From: an uncultured virus (IMG/VR IMGVR_UViG_3300026203_000001)
Lineage: Duplodnaviria; Heunggongvirae; Uroviricota; Caudoviricetes
Length of the DNA stretch: 59,465 nucleotides
IMG/VR virus record: IMGVR_UViG_3300026203_000001
Reading direction: 5' to 3' (one strand)
In this document: positions 54,642 through 59,465 of the stretch, piece after piece
How the letters are laid out: each line of letters opens with the position of its first letter
Position numbering within the stretch: position 1 is the first letter of the stretch
Position numbers and translations under genes: made by a program
Notes under the pieces: generated by a model
What the model saw: the letters and a program-made list of their open reading frames with translations, nothing else
The model's database searches: none
Told to the model about the DNA's origin: nothing

Positions 54642-54831
54642 TTAATTCTTTGATTCTGTAATGTCTTACAAGTTGCTGATCTAAAGTATGAATCTCTACA
54701 ACAGCATCATCTGGTGCATCAAATATGTATAACTCAAAGGGCATTAATACTTTTTCTATCCACGTATGTTGTGCCATACATTTAAACATCACCATTCTAT
54801 TAGTATTATTTTTATATGTGTGACTATTCAT
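54619..54831 (-). CDS. Hypothetical protein (DUF1830-like)
   Basis: Y.N.T..M....C......EKV..P.E...F.AP..A..EI. Confidence 0.65.
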   Translation of the reverse strand: MNSHTYKNNTNRMVMFKCMAQHTWIEKVLMPFELYIFDAPDDAVVEIHTLDQQLVRHYRIKELNDATIPY

Positions 54832-55048
54832 TCTTCAACTCCTTGAGTTTGTCATAACAATGATCAATGATCTCTTGTCTATAAAACATTAACTCGTTGA
54901 AACAATCTTGATTGTATGCACAAGACCTCAATTTATGATCAGGTTTGTGAAGACTCTCTATCAATAGGGTCAGTCCCCTGTGTTTCTTCTCTGATTCCTG
55001 TGTCATCTGCATCTTGTGATGGTTTCTTAACATTATATATGGAATCAT
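54824..55048 (-). CDS. Hypothetical cyanophage protein
   Basis: L.IES..KPD..LR.CA.NQ.C; true start probably a later Met. Confidence 0.65.
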   Translation of the reverse strand: MIPYIMLRNHHKMQMTQESEKKHRGLTLLIESLHKPDHKLRSCAYNQDCFNELMFYRQEIIDHCYDKLKELKNE

Positions 55049-55226
55049 CTAATTTTGCAAGTTCTCCGAGCAAACTCTTTTGATATTTCTTTTCCTTCTT
55101 CATTTTCTTACGAAGAGTTGCAGGATCATCCTTATATTTTGTACCTATTTTTACGATACGTTGTAGTTCATCGTGAGATTGCTTTAGTCTTCTATCCCAG
55201 AAGGCATCTTTGTTTAGAGGGGTCAT
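54939..55226 (-). CDS. Basic hypothetical protein
   Basis: ATGA-coupled to the upstream gene; its 3' end overlaps the next ORF. Confidence 0.55.
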   Translation of the reverse strand: MTPLNKDAFWDRRLKQSHDELQRIVKIGTKYKDDPATLRKKMKKEKKYQKSLLGELAKLDDSIYNVKKPSQDADDTGIREETQGTDPIDRESSQT

Positions 55227-58200
55227 ACTGCGTCGTCAATAATTAATCTAAAGGTTCTAAAGTGGTTGTTTTTTGACCTCGTATCATTACTATACCATAT
55301 AGTTGAGTCTCTGTCGTGTGATGACTGGTACATTGCCCACTTAGCAGTTCTAGTATTGATAGATGTCTCTGAGTTATTTAATCTTATTCTTTGAGGTAGT
55401 GTTTTTTCTGGTGGATAGTATGGTGTAACAATTTCTACACCCTCATTGTTTACAACATCTTCGTTTCTTGTAGGATACTCCCACGTAAACTCCATACCAT
55501 CTACATATCCCTGACCTGCATTGAGAATAGAATCTACTGTCCACCTAAACTGGTATCCTTTCTTAGTCTCTGGTGCTGTTTGAGTATCTGTTGCCTTAAA
55601 TATCAACTCACCTCTCATTCTTAACTTGAGTCCATTAGTTTTACCTAAATCAAAATCGTGATAAAAATAAACTGGTTCTCCTGCTGCATTTTTTCTCTGC
55701 CAATATTGTATGAGAGTAGCAGGTTCTCTATACATCATAAGAACTGAGTTAGATGTATCTTCTACACTCACAGTAAATAGTTTCTCTACTAGATCACTAA
55801 CTTGACTGTCAAAATAGTTTGCTGTTGGTGAACCTGACTGAATCATAATCACAGGACTAGGAACACCATAGGCACCTACCTCTATGTCCTCATTCAAAGT
55901 TCCGAATGATAATTGATTTACAGCACCACCTGATGTGCAAGCAGATGTATCAAGAGTATCAATACGAATACCTTGTCTAAACATTGTACCTAATACTTTA
56001 TCTTTTCCTACAAAAAACTTATACAGTTCTCCTGTATTATATCCACCCTTACCCTCATCAATAATACCTTCTACACGGTATCTCATACCATCAGTTACTG
56101 ATTCATATCTAATATTAAGTGATAAACCACCATCACCTATAGACCTCACAATATATCCTGTACTATCATCAAGAGTTCTAGTTTGATTTACAAACATAGG
56201 ACGTGGACTTGTTGTCAACCAGTTATTAGTAAATCCACCACCACTTGACCACGCAGACACCACGTTACTAGAATCATTTAGATCATATAAAGAGAATGAT
56301 CCAGGCATACCACACTGGAAGTCCTGATTGGTAACGTTATGTGACACTGTAGTTAAGTTGACTTCCCATATATTGACAATCTGTTTTGTACCTTCATTGT
56401 GTATGGCAAAGTGTGGTGATACTGATGCAGCAAAGTGACCACTTACTATACTGTCAACTCTAAATGATATATCATCACCTCTCACGATGTCGAATGTATG
56501 TAATGGTGTACCAATTTTTGTCCACTCATCTATGTGTGCTTCATCCTCAAATATTTTTACACCATTCTTATACAACTCATACTTAAATACTGTACACTCA
56601 CCAAGACCACCTGTCATACCACCGTGTGATCTTAGACTTACTGTTGCATCTTGTATGCAGGTAATTGTTTGTGCTGTATTGTCTCTGACTAGATAATCAC
56701 CAGTACAATCACCACATCCACCTGAGATTACTTCTCCTTCTACAACTTGTCCACAACCCGAACGCATCATATTGACTCCTTTAAATCCTGTAGGATCAAA
56801 CAAGAAGTCCTCACAAGATTTGATTGATTCCAATACTTCGTACTCAGGTTCAACTAACTGTCCAAAAACATAACCTGTGATGCCTTCATAGAACCAAGGA
56901 GATCCATTATAACTCATACGATATGATATTTTAACATCGTTATAGTCCTCATCACCATCCAGTAAGTCTTCCCACCACTGCCACCAACGTGATGTCCATC
57001 TTGTAAAATTCTTCTGCTTCCAGTTTAGTCTTCTCTCACTAAACATACTGAGGTTTTGTTGCTGTGAATTTAGATTCGTTCTCCAAGCACCATTGTTTGT
57101 TGTCTGACTAAAGGTAAGAAGATCACCCTGATTTATAGTTCCATTATTCTGACCTGCATCAAAACCATTAGGAACTAAGACAAATCCTATTTTACAAGGA
57201 GCGTATTGATTTAGAACTGTCTTTGAAACTACGTGTGAGTGATACCCAGAAGCGTCTGTAGCATTAGGAAGAATGACTTGACCATATGCAGGGTTATCAT
57301 TTGCATCAGTAATATAATATCCAAAAACATTTTTATATGCTGCACTACCACGTTGACAATTAAACTCAATTAATATATCAGCGTCAACTCTACCTCCGAT
57401 CCTATAAAATCCTCCTGTTAAAACAGGTTCTATTAACTCTCCACCGAGAGGTGTCAAAGAATATCTATGATCACCTGTTGTAGGATTCCAGTATCTGTAT
57501 AAAGTTGATAGTTTTTCTCCATCACCTAGGGAACTAATCCCATCAATTTTCTCACGGAAAATGTAAGAAATAACATCAGTTCTAGATCCCATACCATAAG
57601 CATCCATAGAAGACTTCTCTCCTTCTGGGTTCATAGTTAACATAGTATCTGTCTGACTAGCACTATATGAGACAAACAACTCTGATGATCTAGGTTCTTG
57701 TTTATTGTGACCCCAGAATATAATACTTGAAGATGTATATGAACTGTCAGGAGGTGTCTCAGATAAACTATAGTGATGATTTGTAGGTGATACGTGTTCG
57801 TAGATTGCCCTACGTTCTGGAACACAGTTCTTTACACATATTCTATTTGTTTTTCTATTGAACTCTCTAGTAATAAAGTTTTCACAGTCTGGCATAGGAG
57901 GTTTCCAGTCACCACCTGCATATGGTTTTAACATACACTCGATGTGATCTAACATACATTGAGGAACCTGTCCTATATCTGGATTACAATCTACATCTGA
58001 TTGTGTATCATACTCATCATTCTGACATTCTTTACCTGCTGAAGGATCTCTTGGGTCCTCTAATTCTATTCTAATTTTACTTGGTACACCTATATCTTCT
58101 AGTCCAAGACCGTTTAAATGATCTACAATATATCCAATATCATATTCTATTGGTGGTAGATTCTCAAGACCTGTATCTGGTTCACCAAAGTTAGGTACGG

Positions 58201-58390
58201 TCTGTGTCTGTTGTGAAGGGTAACACTGACCTACTAAGTTTTCTATTATTTGATTTACTGTTGCATCAACAGGAGTACCATCACTTTTTACATTGGAACC
58301 ACCGCCACCAGAAGGCACCTCCTGTTGCCCCTGAGATTGATCATCCGAGGGGTCACAGTTTTGTTGAAACCAACCGTTGTCACCTGACAT
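55223..58390 (-). CDS. Large virion structural protein (Cys-rich N-terminus, DUF5648-like and DUF4114-like segments)
   Basis: LYRYWNPTTGDH; A.YKN.FGYY; WEDL..GD.DYND; AATAAATA late box at 58402-58409. Confidence 0.8.
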   Translation of the reverse strand: MSGDNGWFQQNCDPSDDQSQGQQEVPSGGGGSNVKSDGTPVDATVNQIIENLVGQCYPSQQTQTVPNFGEPDTGLENLPPIEYDIGYIVDHLNGLGLEDIGVPSKIRIELEDPRDPSAGKECQNDEYDTQSDVDCNPDIGQVPQCMLDHIECMLKPYAGGDWKPPMPDCENFITREFNRKTNRICVKNCVPERRAIYEHVSPTNHHYSLSETPPDSSYTSSSIIFWGHNKQEPRSSELFVSYSASQTDTMLTMNPEGEKSSMDAYGMGSRTDVISYIFREKIDGISSLGDGEKLSTLYRYWNPTTGDHRYSLTPLGGELIEPVLTGGFYRIGGRVDADILIEFNCQRGSAAYKNVFGYYITDANDNPAYGQVILPNATDASGYHSHVVSKTVLNQYAPCKIGFVLVPNGFDAGQNNGTINQGDLLTFSQTTNNGAWRTNLNSQQQNLSMFSERRLNWKQKNFTRWTSRWWQWWEDLLDGDEDYNDVKISYRMSYNGSPWFYEGITGYVFGQLVEPEYEVLESIKSCEDFLFDPTGFKGVNMMRSGCGQVVEGEVISGGCGDCTGDYLVRDNTAQTITCIQDATVSLRSHGGMTGGLGECTVFKYELYKNGVKIFEDEAHIDEWTKIGTPLHTFDIVRGDDISFRVDSIVSGHFAASVSPHFAIHNEGTKQIVNIWEVNLTTVSHNVTNQDFQCGMPGSFSLYDLNDSSNVVSAWSSGGGFTNNWLTTSPRPMFVNQTRTLDDSTGYIVRSIGDGGLSLNIRYESVTDGMRYRVEGIIDEGKGGYNTGELYKFFVGKDKVLGTMFRQGIRIDTLDTSACTSGGAVNQLSFGTLNEDIEVGAYGVPSPVIMIQSGSPTANYFDSQVSDLVEKLFTVSVEDTSNSVLMMYREPATLIQYWQRKNAAGEPVYFYHDFDLGKTNGLKLRMRGELIFKATDTQTAPETKKGYQFRWTVDSILNAGQGYVDGMEFTWEYPTRNEDVVNNEGVEIVTPYYPPEKTLPQRIRLNNSETSINTRTAKWAMYQSSHDRDSTIWYSNDTRSKNNHFRTFRLIIDDAV

Positions 58391-58400
58391 ATCTTTTTAG

Positions 58401-58595
58401 TTATTTATTAAGGTATGTAGGTGGTATGTGATGGTCATTCCAATGTCTAATATTACCACCAACAATAAAACAGTTTGTGATTATGAGTTGTAAGAAGATA
58501 AAAGTTCTTATCATAGCAATAATGTCTGCTTCTTTATCGTTCTTACCTGATTTGTCTCCGAGTGCCTTTGCCCAGATTCTCCAAAATTTTTTCAT
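58401..58595 (-). CDS. Small membrane protein
   Basis: WRIWAKALG.K....D.EAD..A.IRT...N.RHW. Confidence 0.75.
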   Translation of the reverse strand: MKKFWRIWAKALGDKSGKNDKEADIIAMIRTFIFLQLIITNCFIVGGNIRHWNDHHIPPTYLNK

Positions 58596-58696
58596 CCGTA
58601 TGAATGTACGTTATAAGTTTTTCTAGATGGAGGATACTTTGGTTTCCTCTGCTTGACCGCTTTGTAAATGCGTAGTAGTAGTTCTGTATTTACCAT
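58592..58696 (-). CDS. Small basic peptide (34 aa), possibly leaderless
   Basis: TGTTATAAT extended -10 ends 7 nt before the ATG. Confidence 0.55.
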   Translation of the reverse strand: MVNTELLLRIYKAVKQRKPKYPPSRKTYNVHSYG

Positions 58697-58713
58697 AGAA
58701 TATATTATAACAT

Positions 58714-58756
58714 AAAAAAAGGACCTGCAAAACACCAATAAAGCAGATCCTTTTTT
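58714..58756 (-). terminator. Intrinsic terminator of the ncRNA
   Basis: GGATCTGC/GCAGGTCC stem followed by T7. Confidence 0.75.
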
Positions 58757-58766
58757 AAGATTGAAA

Positions 58767-58950
58767 GGGAGGTTGGATTCCTGTGTACCAACAAACAACG
58801 GGCATTACTACAGAAGTAAATACATTGTTGCCTGAGTCCTACTTGGTTGAGTAGTTCTGCCATTTCTGACAGCGAGCACCACCTCTGACTCATCACCTTA
58901 ACTAGCGGTTGCCAGTAAGTTTATTCGGTCACTCCCACGTCGCGTCCGAC
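58767..58950 (-). ncRNA. manA: Structured ncRNA, probably the manA RNA motif
   Basis: GC-richer island; terminal GGGAG/CTCCC stem; internal stems CTACT/AGTAG, CTGTCA/TGGCAG and GTTGG/CCAAC; has its own promoter and terminator; family assignment is from memory. Confidence 0.7.
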
Positions 58951-58956
58951 TCTATT

Positions 58957-58985
58957 AATATAGCAGACTCATCACAGGTTGTCAA
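58957..58985 (-). promoter_or_regulatory. Sigma70 promoter of the ncRNA
   Basis: TTGACA-N17-TATATT. Confidence 0.85.
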
Positions 58986-59086
58986 CCCCTTGTGAAAATT
59001 AATATGTAATGCCTCGATGAAGACGAGAGACCCTACGATAATTAGATTACATACGGTCAGAGGATGGGTAAGATATTTCACAACAT

Positions 59087-59115
59087 AAAAAAAGACCCCT
59101 ACTATGTAGAGGTCT
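59087..59115 (-). terminator. psbD terminator
   Basis: AGACCTCTAC-ATA-GTAGGGGTCT followed by a T-run. Confidence 0.85.
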
Positions 59116-59138
59116 AATCCATCTCGAACTGAGATTAT

Positions 59139-59465
59139 TTATAATGCGTTACCTCTTGGTAACACTTCTTCTGGGAACACAAAGTTCTCGTGTGGTTGGT
59201 CAACTGATGACATCCAAGCACGCATACCCTCATTAAGAAGAATGTTCTTAGTATAGAAAGTCTCGAACTCTGGGTCTTCTGCTGCTCTTATCTCTTGAGA
59301 TACAAAATCGTATGCTCTTAAGTTAAGTGCTAGACCTACGATACCGATAGATGAAGTCCACATACCCATCACAGGTACGAACAACATAAGGAAGTGTAAG
59401 AATCTTTTGTTAGAGAAAGCAACACCAAATATCTGTGACCAGAATCTGTTTGCTGTAATCATACT
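59139..59465 (-). CDS. psbD: Photosystem II D2 protein, 3' part (truncated by the window edge)
   Basis: [10 protein letters not shown]...[28 protein letters not shown]...[10 protein letters not shown]. Confidence 0.99.
   Translation of the reverse strand, partial: SMITANRFWSQIFGVAFSNKRFLHFLMLFVPVMGMWTSSIGIVGLALNLRAYDFVSQEIRAAEDPEFETFYTKNILLNEGMRAWMSSVDQPHENFVFPEEVLPRGNAL

Noticed and set aside
58705..58896. 63-aa ORF, and the 5' extension of 58592..58798
   Set aside because: They run through the structured RNA and its terminator.
58929..59081. GTG-started 50-aa hydrophobic ORF after the psbD terminator
   Set aside because: Possible, but it has no clear RBS or promoter and overlaps the ncRNA promoter; support is too weak.
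1..59465. tRNA genes, introns, inteins, homing endonucleases, diversity-generating retroelement
   Set aside because: I saw no cloverleaf signature, no interrupted core gene, no HNH/GIY-YIG motif and no reverse transcriptase.

Overview
This window is part of a T4-like cyanomyovirus genome, most likely a Prochlorococcus-infecting Kyanoviridae-type phage; it is AT-rich and nearly all genes are on the minus strand. Layout: (1) 1-9.8 kb, an early-gene array of small acidic ORFs punctuated by about 8 copies of a promoter/inverted-repeat cassette, and including an ArdA-like protein, a solitary PvuII-like nuclease and an SF2 helicase; (2) 9.9-20 kb, about 9 2OG-Fe(II) oxygenases plus two flavin-dependent (tryptophan-type) halogenases, directly downstream of tail-fibre/Gly-rich adhesin-like genes; (3) 20-29 kb, late virion fibre genes; (4) ptoX, cpeT, cp12 and the baseplate/tail module (gp5, hub, two tape-measure-like genes, gp51/gp26, tube-like gene, gp2, gp4, gp48, gp53); (5) gp32, gp33, exonuclease, phoH, thyX, rnh and glutaredoxin; (6) a large virion protein, a structured ncRNA (probably manA) and the 3' end of psbD. 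The strongest leads are the halogenase/oxygenase tailoring cluster beside the fibre genes, a near-total absence of RGCY (AGCT), CATG, GCGC and CCGG sites alongside a methylase-less PvuII-like nuclease, and a predicted -1 ribosomal frameshift fusing gp26 to gp51. All calls come from motif recognition by eye; no database searches were run.
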